DNA of 64,000 bases from Camelus ferus. Lineage: Eukaryota. The notes below the pieces were generated by a model, which was not told the origin of the DNA, did not search any database, and saw nothing but the letters and a program-made list of their open reading frames with translations. The stretch covers positions 30,878,001-30,942,000 of the forward strand of contig NC_045696.1 in the NCBI RefSeq assembly GCF_009834535.1, in the 5' to 3' direction. Of the stretch, positions 11,101-22,390 are shown one piece after another (position 1 is the stretch's first letter; every line of letters begins with the position of its first letter). The position numbers and the translations under genes were made by a program.

Positions 11101-12880
11101 AAATTTAGAGATTTTATTAAAGTTTTTATCAGCTTAAAGTAGGGTGTTGTAAGTTTTTCCCTTGTGGTTACCATGAGGCTTACATAAACATCTTTAGATT
11201 ATAGCACCCCAAATTTGTAAATATTTATATGCCTCACATCAGAGCACCAAATATATAAAGCAGAAATTCATAGAGCTAAAGGAGAAGATAACAGTAATTA
11301 AGTAATAGTTGGGGACTTTAATGCCCCATTCTCAATAATAAATAAATCATCCCCGGAGAGTCAATAAAGAAATGGTAGATTTAAACAATAATACAGACCA
11401 AATGGAACTACAGACAAATATAAAACGTTCTATCTGAAAACAGCAAATACATATCCCTCTCAGTTACACAGCGGACATTTTCTAGGATAGGGAGTATTGT
11501 CTAGGATAGACAATATGTTAGGGCACAAAACAAGTCTTAGCAAATCCATGAATACTGAAATCATACCAAGTATCTTAACACTGACCACAACTGTATGAAA
11601 CTAAAAATCAAAAAGGAGGAAAACTGGAAAATTCATGAATATATGGAAATAAAACAACACTCTCCTGAAAAAAACAATAGATCAAAGAAGAAATTAAAGG
11701 TGGAATCAAAAAGTATCTTGGAATGAACAAAAATGAAAATACAACATACCAAAACTTATAGGATGCAGCAAGACAGTTCTAAGTGAGAAATCATAGTAAT
11801 AAACTATATTAAAAAAAAAACAAAGATTCCAAATAGACAACCTAACCCTATGCCTTAAAAACCTAGAAAAAGAATAACAAACATCCTAAAGTTAGCAGAA
11901 GGAAGGAAATAATAAACATGTGAGTAGAAATAAATGAAATAAAGAATAGGAAATCAAAAGCAACAGTAACCAAACTAAACTGGTTCTTTGAAAAGATGAA
12001 TAAAACAAAACCACAATCAAACCATACAGGCCTCTCAGAATGGCTATCAATAAAATTTCAAGATACAAGACCCACCAGCAAGGATATGGGAAAAAGGGAA
12101 CACTTGTACAGTGTTGGTGGGATTGTAAATTGGTACAACCACTATGGAAAATAGTATGGGGGATCTTCAACAATTTAAAAAGAGAACTATCACTGTGATC
12201 CAGCAGTTCCACTTCTGGGAACACAGCCAAAGAAAAGAAAATACTATGTTGAAATTATATCCGCACCCCATGTTCACAGCAGCATTATTTACAATTGTCA
12301 AGACATGAAAACAAACTTGTGTTTATCAATAGATGAATGGATAAAGAATGGATGTCTACACACACCCATGTGTGTATTTATGAGTATATACATATATAAA
12401 GGAATATTATTCAGCCCTTGAAGGCATTGTGCCAAGTGAAGTAAATATACAGAGAAAGATAAATACTATATAATACCACTTATTTGTGGGATCTGAAAAC
12501 CCAAATAAACAAAAAAAACCCCAAACTCATAGCAAAAGAGATTATATTTGTGGTTACCAGAGGCAGGAGGTGGTAGGGGTTGGTAGAATTAGAGGAAGGT
12601 GGTAAAAAGGTACAAGACAACAGTTATAAGATAAATAAGTACTGGGGATATAATAGACAACTTGATGACTACAGTTAATACTTCTATATGATATACTTGA
12701 AATTTGCTGTAAGAGTAAATCCTAAAGTTCTCATTACAAGGAAAAAACTAACTATATGATGTGATGGATATTAACTAAACCTATTGTGGTAATCATTTTA
12801 TGATAAGTGTGTCAACATTGTGCTGTACACCTTAACTTTATAAAGTGCTACATGTCAATTACACCTCAGTAAAACAGAAG
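8125..12880 (+). mobile_element. L1 LINE (L1MA9-like 3' end) with intact 5' end and two large internal deletions
   Basis: 5' start caccaagatggc; ~1.8 kb 5'UTR; ORF1 remnant; ORF2 endonuclease remnant from 11211; jump at ~12010 to the ORF2 C-terminus; L1MA-type 3' end (tgctgtacaccttaac...tgtcaattacacctcagtaaaa). Confidence 0.92.
9923..10860 (+). pseudogene. Decayed L1 ORF1p
   Basis: Track ORF 10498-10860 (RHIIIKLSKDKDKEIIFRAAKEKREITYKGIPI...FRNEGGIKTF) is recognisably the L1 ORF1p RRM/CTD; upstream part is frameshifted. Confidence 0.9.
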
Positions 12881-13416
12881 GCCATATTATCTCATTTTTT
12901 CTGTAACTTTAATAGTCTGCTGGGGTTAATAATAAAAAGATTAATGAATGTCAATATGACATTTATACATGTAAACTGTATAGAAGATAAAAAGGAAATG
13001 GAAATTTCATGAAGTTCATTAATTAACTTTGTGAATAAATTTCTCACTGGGAGGACTACTGACATCCTGGTGAACCAACTTTATTTTAATTAAACACAGT
13101 AATTCTCCTTAATTTTTTGTGACCATCAAAAATGCCCATACATATTTTCAAATGCCCTTGGTGTAAAGGCCGGGGATATCTAATGACATGGATAAAGGGA
13201 CAGTATGAGACTAAAGGAAACAGATTAAAATATACAGCCATGACTAGTCTCCCACAGGAAATACAGTCCTGTTTCCTTACGGACAATCATCTTTCTCTAT
13301 TGACTAATCAGTTTCATATATGTTTGATTTCTGCAGGCCTTTCTGGATAGAATAGGAAAAAACATTTTTCTATGATGGTAATGAATTCATGTTTCTGTTG
13401 ACAGCACCTGTGGAAA

Positions 13417-13573
13417 TCAGAGACGGTTTAAGACCTCCCAAATATCCCCAGAGTGAATATGCTTTTGTTGAAATAAGGCAACAATGCTGTCAGTAAATGT
13501 CGCAAGCCCTTTAAATGTACGAAAGAGTTGGGGAGTTCGAAGACGTGTGAATACAATTTCTTCTGTTTTACCC
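13417..13573 (-). other. Candidate terminal exon in a non-repeat CpG-retaining segment; product unknown
   Basis: Minus-strand acceptor gtttctag|G at 13574/13573; open frame GKTEEIVFTRLRTPQLFRTFKGLATFTDSIVALFQQKHIHSGDIWEVLNRL*; 4 of 5 CpGs fall in Arg codons; minus-strand AATAAA at 13085-13080. Peptide not recognised. Confidence 0.2.
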
Positions 13574-14149
13574 CTAGAAACCTTAGACAATCTCACATTT
13601 CTAAGAACTGCAAGTGAACATGTGGGAGCTGACAAGAAAGGATCTAAGAGTAACATTTCAAACTTGCTTTATGAAACAGACCTTGAGATTCCTTTCTCCC
13701 TGAATGGAAAGAAAGAGATTTGGTCTCAGAAAAGCAATAAATTGTTAAAAGTTTCATTTCTATGACAGAGTAGGATTCTAAAGGCCTTCAAAACCTGGCG
13801 TTATATTTCCTGTTAAGTTTAAACAACAGATTTTCTTGTCTTTATCTTCCTCTCAAGAACCACATCCCATCTCTCAAGAAATGCTTAATAAGTGTGTAGA
13901 ATAGAAATGCTACATTGTGAAAGAGGAACTTTAGAAATCTTACTTTACCATTTAAATTTCCTTCTATGTTTCAAGTGCAATACAACTACTTAAACTAATT
14001 GATAAAAACTATAACTTATGAAGTATTTCCATAACTTAGTATTTCCAAAAGTTCAGTGATTTAGGAGCCAGATTCTTAATTGTAGCCATTCTTAGACCAG
14101 TGGTAATTATTGATTTAATGTAGTTTGTTTAATTATACTATTCTCTAAA

Positions 14150-17100
14150 AAAATTTTAACTATTTTTTTTCAAATTTTAAGCAAAACTGAGAGAAAAATA
14201 CATACAGTTATTTCCCATATATCTCCTGCCACACATATGCATAGCTCCCATATTATCAACAAACCACCACAGAGTTGTGCATTTGTTACAACTGATGAAC
14301 TTACACTGACATATCGAAATCACCTGATGTCCATAGTTTACACTATGATTCATTGTGTTGTACATTCTACAGATTTGAATAAACCTATAATGGCATGTAT
14401 CTATCAGTATAGCATCATACAGGGTATCTTTACTGTTCTAAAAGTTCTTCAGTTCTGTCTATTCATCCTTCACCCGTTAAGCCCTGGGAATTACTGATCT
14501 TTTATCTTTTCACCGTCGCCACAGTTTTGCCTTTTCCAGAACGTCATATAGTTGGATTAAATAGCACATAGTCTTTTCAGACTAGCTTCTTTCACTAAGC
14601 AGTATGGATTTAAGGTTTCTACATGTCTTCTGATGCTTTGGTAGCACATTTATTTTTAGTGTTGAATAATATTCTACTGTTTGAATGTACCACAATTTAT
14701 TTTTTCACTTACCTACTGAAGACTGTCTTGGTTACTCCCAAATTTTAGTAATGATGACTAAAGCTGATTTACATATCCATGTACAGGTTTTTGTGTGATC
14801 ATATGTTTTCAGTTCCTTTGGGGATTAACGAAAAATGTCATTGCTGGATTCTATGATAAGATTATGTTTAGTTTTCTAAGTAACCAGCACACTGTCCTCT
14901 AAAGTCACTATACCGTTTTGCCCATATACCAGAAACGTGTGAGAGTTTCTGTTGCTCCACATCTTACCAGGGCTTGGTACTGCCCATTGTCTGGATTTGG
15001 GCCATTCTAATAGGTGTATAGTGATATCCTATTGTTGTTTTCATTTACATTTCTCTGATGACATATGACATAGAGCATCTTTTCATATGTTTATGTGACA
15101 TTTGTATTTCTTCTTTGATGAGGTATCTGTTAAGGTTTTAGGCCCATTTTTTCATCACTTTGTATGTATTTTTACTGTTGAGATGAAAAGCTTTTTTGTA
15201 TATTTTGAATTAAGTCATTTATCAGATGTGTCTTTTGTAAGATTTTCTCCTAGTCTATATTTTGTCTTGTTCTTGTCACATTGTCTTTTACAGAGCATAA
15301 ATTTCTAATTTTAATGAAGTCTACCTTATCACTTATTTATTTTATGAACAATGCTTTTGGTATTGTATTTGAAAATTTGTGGCTATTCAGAAGGTCATCT
15401 AGGTTTTCTCTCTTCTTATCTAGGAGCTTCATATTTTTTCATTTTACTTTCGGATCTGTGACCTATTTTGACTTCTAAGATATGTGTCTGTATTTGTGCT
15501 TTTGCATGTGGATGCTCAGTTGTTCCAGCACTATTTGTTGAACAGACTATCTTTGTTCCATTGTACTGCCTTTGCTTTTTTGTCAAAGATCAGTGGACTG
15601 TATTTATGTGGGCCTATTTCTGGGCTTTCTATTCTATCCCATTATATTTTTGTCTATTCTCTCAGTATCACAGCATTCTGATTATTGTAGCTTTATATTT
15701 ATATTAAGTCTTAAAGTCAGGTAGTATAAATCTTCCTCCTTTGTTCTTCCCTTCAGTATTGTTTTGGTTTTTCACGGTCTTTAGCCTCTCCATATAAACT
15801 TTAGAATCAAGACTGCGGACTTAACTCAAAATAACTTGCTGGGATTTTGACTCAGATTTCATTGAATCTATACATCAATTTTGGAAGAAATGACAACTTG
15901 ACAATTTTGAGTTTTCCTGTCCATAAACATGGGATATCTCTCGATTATTTAGTTCTTTGACCTTGTTAATCAGAATTTTGTAGATTCCTTCATATTTATC
16001 TTGTAAATAATTTGTTAGATTTGGATGTATTTTATTTGGTGGAGTTGCTAATGTAAATAGTATTGTTTTTCTTTAATTTCAAATTCCACTTGATCATTGC
16101 TTTATAGCAAAGTGATGGACTTTTGGATATTAATCTTGTATCCTACAACATTGCTATAATCACTTGTTAGCTCTGGATTTTTTGTTTCTTCTGTCAGACT
16201 TTCTATGCAGATGATCACGTCATTTCTAAGTAAGACAGTTCTATTTCTTCCTTCTCATCTGTATATCTGTTATTTCCTTTTCTTGCCTAATTGCATTTAG
16301 TAAAACTTCCAGTAACATGTTGAAAAGGAATGGAATAAAGAGACTTCTTTGTTTTGTACCTGGTTTTAGTGGGAAAACTTCAAGTATTTCACCATTAACT
16401 ATGCTGTTAACTTTAGGGCTTTAAAGATATTCTGTATTAAACTGAGGAAATCTCCCTCTATTCCTAATTTGTTGATAATTTTTATCATGAGTGCGTGTTC
16501 TCACTGAAGAAATCCTTTTAACATTTCTTGCAAGGCACATCTACTGGCAACAAACTCCCTCGGTTTTTGTCTAAAACAGTCTATTTGTCCTTTACTTTTG
16601 AAGATAATGTTGCTTGTTACAAAATTTCTAGGTTCTTTTTTTTTCCACTTAATACTTCTTAATATTTCACTCCTCACTCTGTTTTGCATGGCTTCAGAGA
16701 AAGTTGGGTACAATTCTTACCTTTGTTCCTCTATAATAAGGAGTTTTTCCCATCTTTTTTTTACAGGAATTTTTTCTATATTTTTGATTTTCTGTACTTT
16801 GAAAATAATATTCCTATATGTAGATTTCTTGGTTTTTGTCAAATTTGGTGGTCTCTGAGCTTCCTGGGTCTGTGCTTTGGTGTATGACATGAATTTGGGA
16901 AATTTATCAGCCTTTGTTTCATGCTTGAAACATGAAACCATATCTGTTCTTTTTTCTCCTTCTGGTATTTCTAACTGCATGTTCTATCTTTTGTAGTTGT
17001 TTCACAATCCTTACACATTCTTTTCTGTTTCATTCTTTGTTATCTTTGCCTTTCAATTTTGAAGGATTCTATTGATATATTATCTAGTTCACAAATTCTT

Positions 17101-17420
17101 TCCTTAGCCTTTTCCAGTCCAACAATAAGCCCATAAAAGACAGTCCTAATTTTCTGTTACAGTGTTTTTAATCTTTAATCTCTAGCATTTCTGTTCTTTT
17201 TTAGAATTTCCATGTCTCTGCTTACACTGACCATCTGTTTTTACATGCTGTCTACCTTATTCATTAGAGCCCTTAACATATTAATTATAGTTGCTTCAAT
17301 TCCCAGTCTAATAAATCCAGCATACCTGTCATATCTGGTTTTAGTGCTTACTCTGTCTCTTCAAAAGCAGACCAAATTTCTTTTGGTATGCCTTATAAGT
17401 ATTTCTTCATAGTGAGGTAT
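14150..17420 (-). mobile_element. L1MC1-like LINE (3' end, partial ORF2, ORF1), antisense, internally deleted
   Basis: L1MC-type 3'UTR (tttgttacaactgatgaacttacactgaca); ORF2 C-terminus to RT region down to ~16499, then a jump to ORF1; track ORFs 16501-16713 and 16717-16980 are ORF1p-like (KPREFVASRCALQEMLKG; QTQEAQRPP). Confidence 0.88.
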
Positions 17421-17426
17421 AATATA

Positions 17427-17990
17427 AAAATGGGAGAAAATATTTGCAAATGATGCAACTGACAAGGCCTTAATTTCCAGAATGCAAAAACAGCTCATAC
17501 AACTCAGTAATAAAAAAACAAACAAACCAATCCAAAAATGGGCAGAAGATCTAAACAAGCAATTCTCCAATGAAGACATACAAGCGGCCAATAGGCACAC
17601 AAAAATTGCTCAATATCACTAATTATCAGAGAAATGCAAATCAAAACTACAACGAGGTATCACCTCACCCCTGTCAGAATGGCCATCATTCAGAAGTCCA
17701 TGAATGATAAATGCTGGAGAAGGTGTGGAAGAAAGGGAACCTTCCTACACTGTTGGTGAGAATATAGTTTGGTGCAGCCATTATGGAAAGCAGTATGGAG
17801 ATTCCTTTAAAAACTAAAAATAGACCTACCATATGATTCAGCAATCCCACTCCTGGGCATATATTTGGAAGGAACTCTAATTCAAAAAGATACATGCACC
17901 TCAATGTTCATAGGGGTACTATTTACAATAGCCAAGATGTGGAAGCCAACTAAATGTCTATCGGCAGAAGATTGAATAAAGAAGTTATGG

Positions 17991-18049
<59 letters not shown>

Positions 18050-18452
18050 GAATACTACTCAGCCATAAAAAATGATATAATGCCATTGGCAGAAACATAG
18101 ATGACTTGGAGATTGTTGCACCAAATGAAGTAAGCCAGAAAGAGAAATAAAAATACCATATGACATCACTTTTATGTGGAATCTAAAAAGTTACACAAAT
18201 TAACTTATTTATAAAACAGGAACAGGGTGACATAGAAAACTTATGGTTACTATAGAAGAAGGGGAGGATAAATTGGAACTTCAGGATTTGCAGATACTAA
18301 CTGTATATATAATTAATATATATGATATCTATATAATTGAGTAACTATGTTGTACACCAGAAATTAACAACATTGTAAATCAAATATGTTTCAATATAAA
18401 AAATAAATAAAGCAAGGAAAAGGTTAAAAAAAAAAAGCAAAACAAAACAAAA
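17427..18452 (+). mobile_element. Young 5'-truncated L1, camelid L1-1_Vpa-like, nested in the L1MC element
   Basis: Well-preserved ORF2 C-terminus and 3'UTR ending gtacaccagaaattaacaacattgtaaat plus an A-rich tail; flanked by AATATA at 17421-17426 and 18453-18458; host L1 resumes afterwards. Confidence 0.88.
17995..18046. repeat. (CA)26 microsatellite inside L1
   Basis: Perfect CA run. Confidence 0.98.
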
Positions 18453-18458
18453 AATATA

Positions 18459-19206
18459 CCAGGTAAAAGGAATTGCAATGAACAGGCTTTCAGTAAAGCG
18501 ATGGTGAGGTGTGAGGTAAGGGGGAACTGTTCTATATTACTATGATTAAGTCTCAGTCTTTTAGTGAACTTATGCCTCTGGACTGTGAGCACTACAATAA
18601 CTTTTATTTATCTTTCCCCATAAGTCAGACAGAATGGTTAGAGTACCTAGAGTTGGATATTTTTCTTTCCCCAGATGAGTTTGGCTCTGATAACATCTCT
18701 GCAAGCTAGGCTGTGGTTAACTAGTTTCTCTTGAGGGCAGTCCTTGTTAAGAACTGAGTTCTCTGACTTTTATTTTGAAGTGATTCCCATTGCATTTCCT
18801 GCCAGGAGGTAGAGGGGGTTTTTCTCTGATATTTACTGTGGGAAGCTGGTAGATCTCCTGTAGCTAAATCTCCTAACACTTTGGGAGCCCCCCTATGACT
18901 AGGTCTTTCTGGACTTTTTAGCTCTCACACTGCTCATACTGTACTTAAACAGCAATTTGTCAATTACAGTTTATAGTTTCCTACTTCAGCACTGGTTCCC
19001 ACAGAGGTTTCTATTTATGGTTTTCTACAAGATAAGTCATGCTTCCCTATAGTCTTCTGTCTCTCCAATTTTGGGGAAGCAGTTCACCCTGTGTCGTCCC
19101 TTCTCTTACAAATCCAAGAAGAATTGTTTTTTAGTCTGTTTAATTTTGTACTTGTTCCTGGCTTGATGACATTCAAGCTCCTTCCATGTGGAAATGGAAA
19201 CTGGAG
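18459..19206 (-). mobile_element. 5' UTR of the same L1MC/L1MD-type element
   Basis: Continues the host (ccaggtaaaaggaattgcaatgaacaggctttcagt); ends caagctccttccatgtggaaatggaaactggag, like the antisense of an L1MC/MD 5' start. Confidence 0.75.
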
Positions 19207-20164
19207 CAAACACTTTTGTGTTTTAATTTTGAAATATTTTTCATATAGAGTAAAAGATTAGATAATTATATAATGAAGAACAGTGTACCTCCCTATTAAT
19301 TTATGAAAATCCTAACATTCTGTTTACTCACTTTACATCTTTTGTTTGGTTTCATTTGGTTTGTTTTAATAAAGGATACATGTTCATTCTTGGCAATCAC
19401 ATGAAACACATTCATTGCAGTAAACTCTATGAAACCATTATCTAATCTTGGATACTCTAAAGTAAACCTTGTAGACAAAGGTCATTTTTAAGTGGATGCA
19501 ATAATATTCTGAGAGCAGTATCAAATTATATTCTTTCTGGCTAAGGCCAAAAAGTTCACTATTAAATAGAGGAACAGATTACTAAATAATACTGTAAACT
19601 ACACATCAAGATGTGTTTGACTATTGGGCTGGCCAGATGTTTTGCCTCATTCATGTAAAGGGAACATAATTACTAAGATCTTTTTGCCAATCCTACAAAC
19701 CTTAATCATCAATGGAAAATACTTCTTACATATATAATGCTAGAATAAAAGCTTTTTGGAGGATATAACAATAATTGAAGCACTTGTAATGCTAACTAGC
19801 CAGCCAGAAGGTATATGTTAAAGTTAACTTATCACACACTTTTTAAACAATTTATGTTATTTTAATGTGGCTGAACAGACAACATAGCCATTTCCACGCT
19901 ATGCATCTTTACATAGTAAATTGCTATTCACAGGAAATCACCAATAAAAATTCGTAGACAGTTCTAAATTGCTTTTCAAAATATTTGCAAGCCTACAATG
20001 AAAGAATGGTACTTTCTCCATCTATAGAAATTTTTCCTTACTGATATTTTAATTTTTAGATTCCAAGTGAGGGGGAACATCTATTTCTATGTTTTCTCTT
20101 CTAGACTCATCTTTTATAAATCGGTTTCCTTTGTCATCTTCATTTATATAGTCTTTTTACACAT

Positions 20165-20600
20165 TGCCTTGGAGAGTTATTTATGTACTCTGGATATCAA
20201 CTTACTATTGGTTGAATAATTTGGAAGTATCTCATTGTAACTTAGGTTATGCTCTTTTATTGTGTTAAATATTAATTTAATTTTAGTAAAGCCAAATTTA
20301 TCAATATTTTCCTTTATGATGTACAGTTTCAGTGTCTCATTTAAGCAATCATACAAAACACCAAGTTTATAATATTATTGTCTAATATTTCTTATAAACA
20401 TTTAAACATTTTATCCAATACATTTAGGCCTTTATTTTTTATAGATGATATAACACAGCTGCCTACTGTTAATTTTATTGCATAACAATAACTGAATGTC
20501 CCAGGACTATTTATGAACAGCTAGTCGTTTAATCATTGAGTTGTAAATAGTTGGCAAATATCAAGTTTCCATTTATCCTTGGATCTGCTTCAATTATTAT
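20165..20600 (-). mobile_element. Old L1ME ORF2 fragment, antisense
   Basis: ggagagttatttatgtactctggatatcaac; gccaaatttatcaatattttcctttatg. Confidence 0.6.
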
Positions 20601-20664
20601 TATTCCTGAGGAAAAATTTAATGTCAATAAAATTAACTTTCCCTTTCCAGTTTTCTTCCCCAAT

Positions 20665-20975
20665 TCATTATTCATTCTTTTGAGGTCAAATGTGTTCAAA
20701 AATTCTGAAATTTTTAGAATTATTAAGGAAATATTACAGATATACTCTGTATTACAACACTCATCCCCAGTATGGTCAAGGGCAAAACTTTGCAATGAGA
20801 CTAATTAAAATTTCTGTAGCAAAAAATATTAATTCTACATGATATAAATAATAACCCTAAATAGTCTCACATCACTTCATGTCAGAATTTTTACCCAATT
20901 AGTTCAGGCCAGATCAGATTTTTCCTTTAACATTAGTTATGAAAACTTTAAAATTTCAGAATTTTGAAAAATTTT
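20665..20975 (+). mobile_element. MER46C-like TcMar-Tigger DNA transposon fossil
   Basis: gaggtcaaatgtgttcaaaattctgaaattttt...aaatttctgtagcaaaa...taaatagtctcacatcacttca...aaaatttcagaattttg resembles MER46C. Confidence 0.65.
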
Positions 20976-20989
20976 AATGGCTATTTTAA

Positions 20990-22390
20990 TAGTATAAATT
21001 TAAGAGAAGATTTGAAAGACCTTTGTAAGTTACAAAACATTGCTGATGGAAATTAACAAACACCTAAATTAATGGAGATATATACTATGTCTATGCATTA
21101 GAAGATCCAATATTGCTAAGATTGTAATTCTTCCCAACTGTATCTATATATTGAAACCAGTCCAATCATATTCCTAGGAGCCATTTTGAAAAACTACACA
21201 AGACTTTTCTAAAATTTATATGGAAATAATGGATTTATAGTATCAAAAAATAAAATGAAAATCAAGACTACTTAGAAGATCCCATTTTTAAAATGACTAT
21301 TTTTTAGTTAGAGTAATCAAGAGACTAGCACTGAAATTATAATAGCCATATAAATCAATGGAACCAAAAGAATTCAGAAATAAACCAAAAGTTATTTGGC
21401 CAATTAACGTTAAAATCAGCAGTATAATTCAATGGACTAAAGTATAGTCTTTCGATACAAAGTGCTGGAACAACTGGGTATCTGCTTTTGCTCTTTCAAA
21501 GATGCAAAAATAAGTGAATGAAAGTGTAAATAACAGATGGGAAAATTATTTGGAATTCATATATCTGATGAAGTGTTTGTATACAGAATATACAAAGGTC
21601 TTTTTGAAAACAAAAATCATTTAAAATGGGAAAGACTAAACTGACACTTCAAAGATATATGAATGGAGAGTAAGCACATGAAAAGTTGCAATATCATTAA
21701 TGATTAAAAAATGGAAATTTAAATCTCAGAGATATTATTGACACTAGAATGGCTAAAATTGAGAAGACTGAAATACCACATGTTGGTGAGTATACGGTAC
21801 AGCTGGAGTCTCTCATACATTGCTGATGGGAATGAAAAATGCTACAAACTTTAGAAACAAGTTGGTAGTGTTTTATAAAGTAGGATATAAACATACCACA
21901 TAACTCAACAATCCCAGTCCTAGGTATTCAACCAAGAGACATAAAACTAAATTCTACACAGAAAGGTGCTGTTCGTAACACATAATAAACAAAACTGAAA
22001 ACAACCCTAATGTCCATCACCTAGTCAACAGATAACCAAATTAAGGTGTAATAAAACGAATGAATTACTGACAGGGACAAAAACATGGGCAAGCATCAGT
22101 GATCATGATACATTAGAGATGTAAAATTCTAAAGTATGTATCTTCTATCATTCTATTTATTTGAAATTCAATAACATAAATTTAGAGACAAAAAACAGAT
22201 CAGTGCTTCCCAGAGCTGGGGAACAAACTGACTGCAAAGCAGCGTGAGAGAGATTTTTGGAAAGATGTAAATATTTACATCTTGATTTTAGAGATAGTTA
22301 CAAAGCTATTTCTGAAGGTCAAAATTCCTAATCTATACACTTAATTGAATTTTATTGTCTGACAATTATATCTCAATATACTTGCTATGA
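20990..22390 (+). mobile_element. L1ME-type ORF2 C-terminus and 3'UTR
   Basis: acaaaacattgctgatggaaatt; aagtgctggaacaactggg; ccatgtcc-like ctaatgtccatca; ends ttattgtctgacaattatatctcaat. Confidence 0.85.

Noticed and set aside
13477..13617. Cys-rich plus frame (KCRKPFKCTKELGSSKTCEYNFFCF) vaguely like a beta-defensin
   Set aside because: Only 4 of 6 motif cysteines, a stop immediately upstream, and no acceptor or signal-peptide exon.
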